Assembly (NCBI GenBank): GCA_030650425.1
Contig: JAUSED010000002.1
Location: 2,388 to 66,387, forward strand
Length of the DNA: 64,000 nucleotides
DNA from: Candidatus Omnitrophota bacterium
GTDB taxonomy: Bacteria; Omnitrophota; Gorgyraeia; Gygaellales; Profunditerraquicolaceae
Direction: 5' to 3'
This document shows, piece by piece, positions 44,444 to 52,781 of the stretch. The notes under the pieces were generated by a model. It did not search any database and was not told the origin of the DNA. It saw only the letters and a program-made list of their open reading frames with translations. Positions within the stretch are counted from its first letter, which is position 1; each line of letters opens with the position of its first letter. The translations under genes and the position numbers were made by a program.

Positions 44444-44760
44444 TTAACAATACTCCCTAATTTTAAGGGCCTTTCCGGGCTAATGATCACTATCCCGGAT
44501 TCATCAGAACCGGCTAAAACCATTCCCTGACTTTCCACGCCTCTTAAAAGCGCCGGATCCAGATTATCCACTACCACTACATATTTCCCCAAAAGCGCTT
44601 CGCGGGTATAAAAACTCTTGATCCCGGCAACTACCTGCTTGGTTTTATCCCCCAAATCCAAGGTCAAAACCAGAAGCTTATCCGCGTTCGGATGTTCGCT
44701 AACTTCTTTAATTTGAGCAACTTTTAGTTCTAATTTCCTGAAATCTTCAATCGTAGCCAT
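44440..44760 (-). CDS. tRNA-binding protein (CsaA/Trbp111/EMAP-type OB fold)
   Basis: LKVAQIKEVSEHPNADKLLVLTLDLGDKTKQVVAGI…VVVVDNL…GVESQGMVLA. Confidence 0.8.
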   Translation of the reverse strand: MATIEDFRKLELKVAQIKEVSEHPNADKLLVLTLDLGDKTKQVVAGIKSFYTREALLGKYVVVVDNLDPALLRGVESQGMVLAGSDESGIVIISPERPLKLGSIVK

Positions 44761-44823
44761 CTATCCTCCTAAAGTTTTATAATTATATTAATTATACCAC
44801 AAAATTGGGTAAAAGAACTAAAT

Positions 44824-44854
44824 AAAAACGCCGTAGTTGGATTTACGGCGTTTT
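44824..44854 (-). terminator. Rho-independent terminator after the tRNA-Val/tRNA-Asp pair; bidirectional
   Basis: aaaaaCGCCGTAgttggattTACGGCGtttt. Confidence 0.75.
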
Positions 44855-44863
44855 ATTCATTAA

Positions 44864-44939
44864 CGGGGTCGACGAGATTCGGACTCGCGATCTCCTCCGT
44901 GACAGGGAGGCGCTTTAAGCCAGGCTAAGCTACGACCCC
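44864..44939 (-). tRNA. tRNA-Asp (anticodon GTC)
   Basis: On the minus strand: GGGGTCG-TA-GCTT-AGCCTGGCTTA-AAGC-G-CCTCC-CTGTCAC-GGAGG-AGATC-GCGAG-TCCGAAT-CTCGT-CGACCCC-G. The anticodon loop CUGUCAC and the G73 discriminator are as in bacterial tRNA-Asp. The T-loop reads TCCGAAT, which is unusual at position 55. Confidence 0.75.
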
Positions 44940-45008
44940 ACAAGCATAAGGATGTAAATTTTAGCTTAAAAACAGCTAACTTGCAACAGGTTTTTCTGTA
45001 AATTTATA

Positions 45009-45082
45009 TGGGCGGTAGAGGAGTTGAACCCCTGACTTCGTGAATGTAAATCACGCGTTCTAACCAACTGAACTAACCGCCC
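45009..45082 (-). tRNA. tRNA-Val (anticodon TAC)
   Basis: On the minus strand: GGGCGGT-TA-GTTC-AGTTGGTTA-GAAC-G-CGTGA-TTTACAT-TCACG-AAGTC-AGGGG-TTCAACT-CCTCT-ACCGCCC-A. This folds as a clean cloverleaf. Confidence 0.85.
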
Positions 45083-45120
45083 AATTCATTATTCTATTTT
45101 AACTTAAATATTCAACTTTT

Positions 45121-45159
45121 GCAACCTTATGTACACCTCGTAGGTGTACATAAGGTTGC
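45121..45159. repeat. Perfect 17-bp-stem palindrome GCAACCTTATGTACACC-tcgta-GGTGTACATAAGGTTGC
   Basis: Read directly from the sequence. There is no clean U-run in either orientation. Confidence 0.8.
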
Positions 45160-45166
45160 AAGAAGA

Positions 45167-45568
45167 CTATAGGCGCTCGGTAATGCCTTTTAGGATTCGA
45201 TCCCCTGCTTCCTTATTACTTATAAGCGTACCTACGTGTACTTCAATACGCGACCGGTTTTCAGTAATCTTGTGGATATCGATACGAATTCTTTCCCCGG
45301 AAGCCTCCCTGCCCCTGATTTGAACCACGCTATGCCCGGAAGCAATCGTTTCTTTGCTCACTATTGTTAAATTACGGAACTGCAGATAGTCTTTAGCCGC
45401 TTTTGTCGTTTGCTCAAGCGGATGATTTACATATTGAACCAGCTTGCCTGAAAGCCAAACCGCTGTCCCGGCTCCTCCGGCAACACCACCTACGATTAAC
45501 GCGGCGCAGCCGCAAATATTTACCAGTAAGAAAACGGAAAAAATAGAGACGGCTATTTTTTTAAACAC
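45167..45568 (-). CDS. Small exported or membrane-anchored protein of unknown function
   Basis: The N-terminal hydrophobic segment is IAVSIFSVFLLVNICGCAALIVGGVAG. Confidence 0.35.
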   Translation of the reverse strand: MFKKIAVSIFSVFLLVNICGCAALIVGGVAGGAGTAVWLSGKLVQYVNHPLEQTTKAAKDYLQFRNLTIVSKETIASGHSVVQIRGREASGERIRIDIHKITENRSRIEVHVGTLISNKEAGDRILKGITERL

Positions 45569-45571
45569 GCG

Positions 45572-46246
45572 TTAACTCCTTGCCTCTTGTTTCAGAGATT
45601 GAATAACCTTAAGCGGCTCTTTTGCTTCCAATATTGGCCGGCCAATCACTAAAAAATTACTTCCCGCCTTAAGCGCTTCACCTACTGTAGCAGTCCTCTT
45701 CTGATCATTCTTCTTTACTCCTTCAGGCCTGATCCCGGGAGTAATAATCACAAATTTTTTCTTTATCCTGCTCCTTAATAATTCTGCTTCTTGCGCCGAG
45801 CAAACCACTCCGCCTAACCCCGCATCAATTCCGATTTTAGCCAATTTCAGCACAGCTTGCGGACGTGATTTTTGACTGGTTAGAACCGTAACTCCGATTA
45901 ATAAAGGTTTCTTTAGTTTAAGTTTTCTGGCTTCATCCTTGGCAGCTTCTACCGCGGCCTCAAGCATTCCTTTTCCTCCGGAGATATGCAAGGTAAGCAT
46001 TTTTACTTTGTGCCGCGTGGCCGCGCGCACTGCCTGCGCCACAGTATTAGGGATATCCAAAAATTTTAAGTCGAGAAAAACCTCTCCCCCTTTTTGCTGA
46101 ATCATTTGGATGATCTTTGGCCCGCAAACAGTAAAAAGTTGCATACCTACCTTGAAGGTTTTTATTTTAGGATAGAGCCTATCTACAAAATGCTTCGCTT
46201 TCTTAAAACTATGCACATCCAAAGCTAAAATCATCTCTGATTTCAT
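45572..46246 (-). CDS. pyrF: Orotidine 5'-phosphate decarboxylase
   Basis: ILALDVHS…KVGMQLF…FLDLKFLDIPNTV. Confidence 0.9.
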   Translation of the reverse strand: MKSEMILALDVHSFKKAKHFVDRLYPKIKTFKVGMQLFTVCGPKIIQMIQQKGGEVFLDLKFLDIPNTVAQAVRAATRHKVKMLTLHISGGKGMLEAAVEAAKDEARKLKLKKPLLIGVTVLTSQKSRPQAVLKLAKIGIDAGLGGVVCSAQEAELLRSRIKKKFVIITPGIRPEGVKKNDQKRTATVGEALKAGSNFLVIGRPILEAKEPLKVIQSLKQEARS

Positions 46247-47160
46247 ATTTTTACGCTTCCGACAAGCTCATTGACATCGCCGATTTTATTTTCAATTAAA
46301 TACTTTTTTAACCCAGAGATTATTTCCAGGCTAATTTTTGGATTAATAAAATTCGCCGTGCCGATGCTTACGGCGGTGGCTCCGGCAAGAATAAATTCCA
46401 AGGCGCTTGCTGTATCAATTATCCCGCCCATCCCGATTATCGGAATCTTCACTTTATTAAAAACCTCCCAAACCATTTTTACGGCTATTGGCCGGATGGC
46501 CGGTCCGCTTAAACCCGCAATTCCAACGGAAATTTTAGGTTTTCTCTGCTTGATATCTATACTCATTCCGGCTAAGGTATTAATCAAGGAGACCGCGTCA
46601 CTTCCCGCGTCTTCGGCGGATTGGGCAATATCAGCAATAGAAGTAACATTAGGAGAAAGTTTGGTGATCAGCGTTTTATTGGTAATCTTGCGCACTTCTT
46701 GGACGATTTTATAAGTAGCTTCGGGATCCTGCGCGATCAGGCTTGCTTTTTCCCGCACATTCGGACAGGAAATATTCAGTTCGATTGCCGCTACTGCTTC
46801 GATGATATCCAACCGCGCCACTAATTCCAGAAATTCTTCAGGCTCTTCTTCGGAAGCAACGCTCATAATGATCGGAACGCCGAGTTTTTTGAGAAAAGGG
46901 AGCTTTTCTTGGATAAAAACTTCTATCCCCGGATTCTCTAAACCGATAGAATTAAGCATCCCCGCGCTAGTCTCACAAGTACGCGGCGCGGGATTGCCTC
47001 TACGCGGCTTCAAAGTGATAGTTTTAGTAACAATCGCCCCGAGCTTACTTAAATCTATAAAGTCCTTAAACTCCTCGGCATAGCCAAAGGTTCCAGATGA
47101 CACCATCACCGGGTTCTTTAATTTGAGCTTGCCAATTTCTACAGAGAGATTCGTTTTCAT
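46243..47160 (-). CDS. pyrD: Dihydroorotate dehydrogenase catalytic subunit (class 1B)
   Basis: NPVMVSSGTFGY…TKTITLKPRRGNP…NSIGLENPG…. Confidence 0.9.
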   Translation of the reverse strand: MKTNLSVEIGKLKLKNPVMVSSGTFGYAEEFKDFIDLSKLGAIVTKTITLKPRRGNPAPRTCETSAGMLNSIGLENPGIEVFIQEKLPFLKKLGVPIIMSVASEEEPEEFLELVARLDIIEAVAAIELNISCPNVREKASLIAQDPEATYKIVQEVRKITNKTLITKLSPNVTSIADIAQSAEDAGSDAVSLINTLAGMSIDIKQRKPKISVGIAGLSGPAIRPIAVKMVWEVFNKVKIPIIGMGGIIDTASALEFILAGATAVSIGTANFINPKISLEIISGLKKYLIENKIGDVNELVGSVKI

Positions 47161-47162
47161 TT

Positions 47163-47972
47163 TTACCAGACTAAATCCCGGCTATTAAAAACCGGTCCTT
47201 CTTTACAAACCCGCTTAAATCCTGCTTGGGTTTTAACGACGCAGCCTAAACACGCTCCGATACCGCAGCTCATGTGCTCTTCTAAAGATAACTGCGCTGG
47301 GAAGCCGCGTTGATTAGAGATATCTGCGACTGCCTGAAGCATGGGTTTTGGGCCGCAGGCGTAAATAGCAGAAGGCAGAGAACGGAAGTCAGAAGACAGA
47401 TTATGTAGTAAATCGGTAACTTTACCATGAAACCCTTGGCTGCCGTCATCAGTAGCGATTTTTACAATACAACCTAATTTTTTAAAATCATCGGCACAAA
47501 GCAATTGTTTTTTGGTTTTTGCCCCAATCAAAACCGTAATTCTGTTTTCTGCCCTCTGTTTTCTGCCCTCTGTTAATTTCTCCGCGAGAAACATTAAAGG
47601 AGCAACTCCCATTCCACCTGCCACTAACATCTGTTTACTGTTTACTGTTTTCTGTTTTCCGAGAGCGAATCCGCTCCCTAACGGCCCAATGATATCCAGA
47701 TATTCTCCGGTTCTTTTCCGCGCTAAAATTTCCGTGGCCTTACCTACTACCGCGTAAAAAATTTTTATCTTTGCCCTGCTTACTCCATGGATACTAATCG
47801 GCCTTCTTAGAAGCGGTTCGCACAGATCGTTTACCCGAATATCAATAAATTGTCCCGGCAAAGCTATTTTAGCGATTTGAGGGGCGCTGAATTCGCAATG
47901 CCAGTAATTATCCTTGATTCTGACTTGCGCTGATATTTTTAATTTAAGTTGACAGGCTTTCATCTTTTCCAA
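47163..47972 (-). CDS. pyrK: Dihydroorotate dehydrogenase electron-transfer subunit (FAD/NAD-binding, 2Fe-2S)
   Basis: The C-terminal SCGIGACLGCVV is the 2Fe-2S cluster motif. The gene carries two short in-frame low-complexity inserts, one from (A)AACAG-type repeats (GKQKTVNSKQ) and one from the direct repeat ttctgccctctg ×2 (TEGRKQRAENR), at about 47530-47660. Confidence 0.85.
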   Translation of the reverse strand: MEKMKACQLKLKISAQVRIKDNYWHCEFSAPQIAKIALPGQFIDIRVNDLCEPLLRRPISIHGVSRAKIKIFYAVVGKATEILARKRTGEYLDIIGPLGSGFALGKQKTVNSKQMLVAGGMGVAPLMFLAEKLTEGRKQRAENRITVLIGAKTKKQLLCADDFKKLGCIVKIATDDGSQGFHGKVTDLLHNLSSDFRSLPSAIYACGPKPMLQAVADISNQRGFPAQLSLEEHMSCGIGACLGCVVKTQAGFKRVCKEGPVFNSRDLVW

Positions 47973-48556
47973 AGAAAAAACAATAAAATCAGCACCAAAA
48001 GGGCGACTATCGAATTTATCTCTTTCTTAAACCAAGCCGGTTTGATTGGCAGGTATTCCTTAACCCGAATTTTTACAAGACTGGACAACCACGGGATTAT
48101 CCGGGGAACCCGGCGGCAGTAAACTTCATAAGTTCCGGGAAACATACTCCGTAATTTCTTTTCTTCTGTAAATATAAGAGGAAGGTAACGGCTGAGAAAA
48201 ACAAAAAGAAAGAGAAATGCCACCCACCAATTAAAAAGCATGAGCACTACACCTAAGCCGATTAGCAGTATCCCCAGATACATAGGATTACGCACAATTT
48301 GATAAGGCCCGCCCTCGATTAAGGCGTGGCTATTTTTAGAATATTCTGATTTATAGCCTCTGGCGGATACGCGGATAACTTGGCCTAAGAGTAGAGAAAC
48401 TAATCCGATGATCCTTAAAACATTTTCCTGCCAGCCTAGGGCAGCTGCGCGGAAAAATAACCTATGGAAAACTACAACTAGAATAAAAGCCAACGCTATA
48501 ATCATGCCATTAATCTTAACGCGTTTTTTCATTGCTATCTTTGGCACTTGGGACAA
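47960..48556 (-). CDS. Membrane methyltransferase of the ICMT/PEMT-like family
   Basis: The signature …GPYQIVRNPMYLGILLIGLGVVLML… sits inside a multi-TM protein. Confidence 0.65.
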   Translation of the reverse strand: MSQVPKIAMKKRVKINGMIIALAFILVVVFHRLFFRAAALGWQENVLRIIGLVSLLLGQVIRVSARGYKSEYSKNSHALIEGGPYQIVRNPMYLGILLIGLGVVLMLFNWWVAFLFLFVFLSRYLPLIFTEEKKLRSMFPGTYEVYCRRVPRIIPWLSSLVKIRVKEYLPIKPAWFKKEINSIVALLVLILLFFLWKR

Positions 48557-49335
48557 AAATACGTGCCTCTTCCTCCCTGACTAATCCTCTTAATCATCGT
48601 TTTACATACCAGACAAGGCTTACCTTGGCGATCATAGACCTTGTGATACTTGACATACCCGCCTTTACCCCCGGAGACCCGCACATAATCATCAACGGAA
48701 GAACCCGCGTGCAGGATTGCCGCTTTCAAAATATCATTAATCGCCAGAAAGAGCAATTCCTTTTCTTTATTCGTCAGTTCGTTTGCCCGGCGTAAAGGAT
48801 TAATTTTTGCCTGAAATAAAATCTCCGCGGCATAGAGATTTCCAATACCGGAGATAAATGTTTGATCCAATAACAGCGGTTTAATCGCGGTTTTCTTTTT
48901 GCTGAGCATTACTTTAAATTGCGCTAAATCAAGTTCCGCCGGCTCCGGCCCCAGTCTTTGGATAAACTTTAGGGAATGCCAATCATCTAAAAGCCTGAGC
49001 TCCGCAAAGAGCCGTTGATCGTTAAAATCTAAAATCTTACCGCCGGATAAATGAAAGGCTACGCGGCTATTCTTAGCGCCCCCGGGATAAACTAACTGTC
49101 CGGTCATTTTAAGATGTATAGTTAAAGATTTTCCATTAGATAGCTCTAAAATTAAGAGCTTGGCCCGGCGTAAAATATTTTTGATCCTCGCGCCCTGAAG
49201 GCCTCTTTTAAAGCCCGCCACCGCTGGTTCACGGATGACTTTAGGATTATGCACGCAAACTTCGGTAATCTTTTTACCTAAGACTGCTTTCTCTAGATCG
49301 CGTTTGATGGTTTCGACTTCCGGAAGTTCCGGCAT
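48535..49335 (-). CDS. mutM: Formamidopyrimidine-DNA glycosylase
   Basis: The N-terminus is MPELPEVETIKR. The C-terminal zinc finger reads CLVCKTMIKRISQGGRGTYFCPKCQ. Confidence 0.9.
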   Translation of the reverse strand: MPELPEVETIKRDLEKAVLGKKITEVCVHNPKVIREPAVAGFKRGLQGARIKNILRRAKLLILELSNGKSLTIHLKMTGQLVYPGGAKNSRVAFHLSGGKILDFNDQRLFAELRLLDDWHSLKFIQRLGPEPAELDLAQFKVMLSKKKTAIKPLLLDQTFISGIGNLYAAEILFQAKINPLRRANELTNKEKELLFLAINDILKAAILHAGSSVDDYVRVSGGKGGYVKYHKVYDRQGKPCLVCKTMIKRISQGGRGTYFCPKCQR

Positions 49336-49337
49336 AA

Positions 49338-50915
49338 TTACCTTTTATGATATTCCTGCAAAGACTTAACTGATAACTTATGTTTTGTCAAGGATTCAAG
49401 CCCATTCACTGTCGCCTCGGCGCCTGAAATAGTTGTGGTGTAAGGGATATTGTATAAAATTACATGCGAGCGTATCTTCACCTCATCCTGACGGGGTATT
49501 CTTCCGGAAGGGGTATTAATGACCATCTGGATTTTCCCGCTCTTCATTAAGTCCAGAATATTGGGCGTGCCTTCGGCAATCTTAGGTAAAACTTTAACTT
49601 TAATTTTACCTTGCGCCAAGACCGCCGCTGTACCGGAAGTCGCGTAAATATGAAAACCTAACTTTTCCAATTTCTTAGCTATGGAGAGGATATTTTTCTT
49701 GTCGTTATCGCGTACCGAAATAAAAACGTTCCCTTTGGCCGGAAGTTTTTGCCCGGCAGCCAATTGGCTTTTGATGTAAGCCAAACCAAAATCCTTGTCA
49801 ATACCCATCACCTCGCCGGTAGATTTCATCTCCGGCCCCAGAATTACATCTACACCGGAAAAACGGTTAAAGGGAAGAACCGATTCTTTGACCGATATAT
49901 GTTTAGGGATTATTTCCCGAGTCAGGCCGAGGTTCTTTAATTTCTTACCCAACATGACCTTAGTCGCAAACTTGGCTAGCGGCACTCCTATAGCCTTAGA
50001 AACAAAAGGTACGGTCCGCGACGCCCGAGGGTTAACTTCCAAAACATAAACCTTATCCTCTTGTATAGCATACTGCACATTCATCAGGCCGACGATATGC
50101 AACTCTTTGGCCATCTTATAGCTAGCTTCCCTTACCTTATCTAATAAATCTTTAGAGAGGCTATAGGCAGGGATGGACATAGCTGAGTCGCCGGAATGGA
50201 TCCCTGCCTCTTCGATATGCTCCATAATCCCGCCGATAACAAAATCTTTTCCGTCGCCGATAAGGTCGACATCTACTTCGGTCGCGTCCTCCAAAAACTT
50301 ATCGATTAAGACCGGATGCTCACCGGATACTTCCGCTGCTTCTTTAATAAATTTCTCTAAAACTTTCTCTTCATAGACAATTTCCATCGCCCTGCCGCCT
50401 AAAACATAAGAAGGCCTGACTAAAACCGGATAACCTATCCTTCGGGCTACCTCTTCGGCTTCTTTGAAATTAAAGGCTGTGCCATTCTCCGGTTGTAAAA
50501 GATTTAATTTATGGAGCATCTGCTTAAAACGTTTTCTGTCCTCGGCAATATCAATACTATCCGCCGAAGTCCCTAAAAGATTTACTCCGGCTTTCAATAA
50601 AGGAACGGCCAAGTTAAGAGGCGTCTGGCCGCCGAATTGCACGATTACACCGAATGGCTTTTCCAGTTCAATAATGTTCATAATATCTTCGAAGGTAAGC
50701 GGCTCAAAATAAAGCCTGTCAGAGGTATCGTAATCCGTAGAAACTGTTTCAGGATTGCAATTGACCATGATGCTCTCAATTCTTTCTTCCTTTAAGGCGT
50801 AGGAGGCATGACAACAGCAATAATCAAATTCAATCCCCTGCCCAATGCGATTCGGGCCTCCGCCTAAAATAATCACTTTCTTATTTTTACTAGGTTTTAC
50901 TTCATTAATTTCCAT
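49338..50915 (-). CDS. carB: Carbamoyl-phosphate synthase large subunit, C-terminal half only (second ATP-grasp plus MGS-like domain), as a split carB
   Basis: …[26 protein letters not shown]… aligns with the second half of CarB. The MGS-like C-terminus reads …[13 protein letters not shown]…[11 protein letters not shown]… The ORF is 525 aa against about 1070 aa for a full CarB. Confidence 0.8.
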   Translation of the reverse strand: MEINEVKPSKNKKVIILGGGPNRIGQGIEFDYCCCHASYALKEERIESIMVNCNPETVSTDYDTSDRLYFEPLTFEDIMNIIELEKPFGVIVQFGGQTPLNLAVPLLKAGVNLLGTSADSIDIAEDRKRFKQMLHKLNLLQPENGTAFNFKEAEEVARRIGYPVLVRPSYVLGGRAMEIVYEEKVLEKFIKEAAEVSGEHPVLIDKFLEDATEVDVDLIGDGKDFVIGGIMEHIEEAGIHSGDSAMSIPAYSLSKDLLDKVREASYKMAKELHIVGLMNVQYAIQEDKVYVLEVNPRASRTVPFVSKAIGVPLAKFATKVMLGKKLKNLGLTREIIPKHISVKESVLPFNRFSGVDVILGPEMKSTGEVMGIDKDFGLAYIKSQLAAGQKLPAKGNVFISVRDNDKKNILSIAKKLEKLGFHIYATSGTAAVLAQGKIKVKVLPKIAEGTPNILDLMKSGKIQMVINTPSGRIPRQDEVKIRSHVILYNIPYTTTISGAEATVNGLESLTKHKLSVKSLQEYHKR

Positions 50916-50925
50916 TCTTTACTCC

Positions 50926-51393
50926 CTATCGATCATTAGCACAAGCTTTTAATAATTCTTTCACCTTCGCCACCACTTCTTCAACCGTATTTAACTTGAT
51001 CACCCCGGGAATATCCCAAGAACCAAGAGTGATCACCGGAATCCCAAACTGAATGCAATAGGCGATTTCCGAAAGTGTACCCGCTCTCCCGGGCAAGGCA
51101 ACCACCACATCCGCAGACTTAACTACCAAGACGTTTCTGGCTAAACCCATTCCAGTAGGTATAGCGATATCCACAAATTTATTAGCATCGGTTTTGTTGT
51201 AACTCGGGATAATACCTATAGTTAGGCCACCTTCAGCCTGAAAACCAGAACAAACCGCCTCCATTACTCCACAAAGCCCACCTGAAACGAGTATATCAGC
51301 CACTTTAGCGAGTTTTCTGCCCAAATTTTTAGCAACCTGCTCCACTTCTGGCGTACAGGTTCGGCCACCGATTACACTAACGATTTTTTTCAT
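50926..51393 (-). CDS. TIGR00725-family protein (LOG/SLOG-like Rossmann fold)
   Basis: IVSVIGGRTCTPE…GGLCGVMEAVCSGFQAEGGLTIGIIP…VALPGRAGTLSEIAY…. Confidence 0.55.
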   Translation of the reverse strand: MKKIVSVIGGRTCTPEVEQVAKNLGRKLAKVADILVSGGLCGVMEAVCSGFQAEGGLTIGIIPSYNKTDANKFVDIAIPTGMGLARNVLVVKSADVVVALPGRAGTLSEIAYCIQFGIPVITLGSWDIPGVIKLNTVEEVVAKVKELLKACANDR

Positions 51394-51422
51394 TTACGCT
51401 ATCCCACTTTCCCGATTAGCTC

Positions 51423-51458
51423 GGAAACAGTTTCCGCTTTGAGATGGAAACAGTTTCC
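51423..51458. repeat. BIME/REP-like array F: GGAAACAGTTTCC ×2 with the spacer gctttgagat
   Basis: tcggaaacagtttccgctttgagatggaaacagtttcc. Confidence 0.85.
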
Positions 51459-51466
51459 AAGGTTTT

Positions 51467-51541
51467 TGGTGCGCCTGGCGGGAATTGAACCTGCACATCC
51501 AGCTCCGGAGGCTGGCGCCCTATCCATTGGGCCACAGGCGC
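51467..51541 (-). tRNA. tRNA-Arg (anticodon CCG) with the 3' CCA encoded
   Basis: On the minus strand: GCGCCTG-TG-GCCC-AATGGATA-GGGC-G-CCAGC-CTCCGGA-GCTGG-ATGT-GCAGG-TTCAATT-CCCGC-CAGGCGC-A-CCA. Confidence 0.85.
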
Positions 51542-51542
51542 A

Positions 51543-52781
51543 TTAAAACAAACTTAATTGTTGCTCGTTCTTTTCTCCGGATCCTTCATTGCCAAAGATG
51601 GAGATAATTCCATACTCACCATCATATCCGGCCTTAATCGCTACTTTTCCTTCGCGTACCCTTAAAACCCCTTCGGCGACTTTAGGAGGCAGGCCTTTAA
51701 TCAGATCCTGCTTTGGCGCGCGCAGTAAAATTTCAAACTCTGTACCGAATTTACTCAAACAGCTGCGGTAATCTCTTTCTACCGCTACGCTGGTTTTACC
51801 TACGCCTTTGGCATCAGCGATGATTTCATCTAAGGGTATTAAATTTTTGAAAGGTATGGAGTTCTCCGGCTTAAAGCCTTCGGCTCGATCGGCCAATTTT
51901 TCTACACGGTTTACCACGCCCACTGTAACTGGTTTGCCGCATTTCGAACATTTACCGTTATGCTCCCGGGTCTCTTTGGGCGACCAGCGGATGCCGCAAA
52001 GACGATGGCCATCAAAGTGGTACTTACCCTCTTCAGGGAAAAACTCTACTGTATATAAAAACCGTTTTTTATCTTTGGTTTTAAGGACCTCTCTTATGGT
52101 TTTATAGTCCAGCTCGCAATCAAATACATTTGCTTCGCGGCCAAGTTTCTGCGGGCTGTGGCTGTCAGAATTACTGATCAGCGTAAATTTATCCAACGCG
52201 CTCAGCCGCCAATTCATTGCCGGATCGCTAGACAAACCGGTTTCCAGCGCAAATATCTTCGGCGTCTGCTCTTCAAAACAATCCTCGATTCTATCAAACC
52301 CGGACATTGAACCAAATAAGCTAAACCATGGAGTCCAAATATGACCGGGGACAATCATACAATTTTCATCAATATCAAAGATAATGCGCGCTAATTCCGC
52401 CACATCCAATCCTAAAATCGGCCTGCCGTCGCTGGCCAAGTTTCCTAACCTGCCTAATTTTTCATTAATTTTATCCACACTCTTAAAAGAGGGGGCAATA
52501 ATCACAGTGTGCACGCGGTAAGTTTTGCCTTTTTTAGAATAAATACTGCTTACCTCGGCAGTGAGGACAAAATATATGCCATTATAATTATATAACCCAT
52601 TTCCGCAATCTTCTAAAGTAGATTTAAGCTCTTCCAGCCATAAATGATGGGTAAAATCCCCGGTGCCGATAAGGGTTATGCCTTTTAATTTTGCCCACTC
52701 GCTTAGATTCTTGACGTCCATATTCCGGCTGGTCGCCCGAGAATACTTTGAATGAATATGAAAATCCGCTATAAATTCCAT
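51543..52781 (-). CDS. PHP-domain protein of the endonuclease Q (TIGR00375) family
   Basis: The N-terminus MEFIADFHIHSKYSRATS is a PHP motif. The C-terminal Zn-finger-like segment reads HRLCGIRW…HNGKCSKCGKPV. The length is 412 aa. Confidence 0.5.
   Translation of the reverse strand: MEFIADFHIHSKYSRATSRNMDVKNLSEWAKLKGITLIGTGDFTHHLWLEELKSTLEDCGNGLYNYNGIYFVLTAEVSSIYSKKGKTYRVHTVIIAPSFKSVDKINEKLGRLGNLASDGRPILGLDVAELARIIFDIDENCMIVPGHIWTPWFSLFGSMSGFDRIEDCFEEQTPKIFALETGLSSDPAMNWRLSALDKFTLISNSDSHSPQKLGREANVFDCELDYKTIREVLKTKDKKRFLYTVEFFPEEGKYHFDGHRLCGIRWSPKETREHNGKCSKCGKPVTVGVVNRVEKLADRAEGFKPENSIPFKNLIPLDEIIADAKGVGKTSVAVERDYRSCLSKFGTEFEILLRAPKQDLIKGLPPKVAEGVLRVREGKVAIKAGYDGEYGIISIFGNEGSGEKNEQQLSLF

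Noticed and set aside
45121-45159. The 17-bp-stem palindrome as an intrinsic terminator of the 45167-45568 gene
   Set aside because: In the minus-strand orientation it is followed by AAAAGUUG, not a U-run. I kept it as a structured repeat only.
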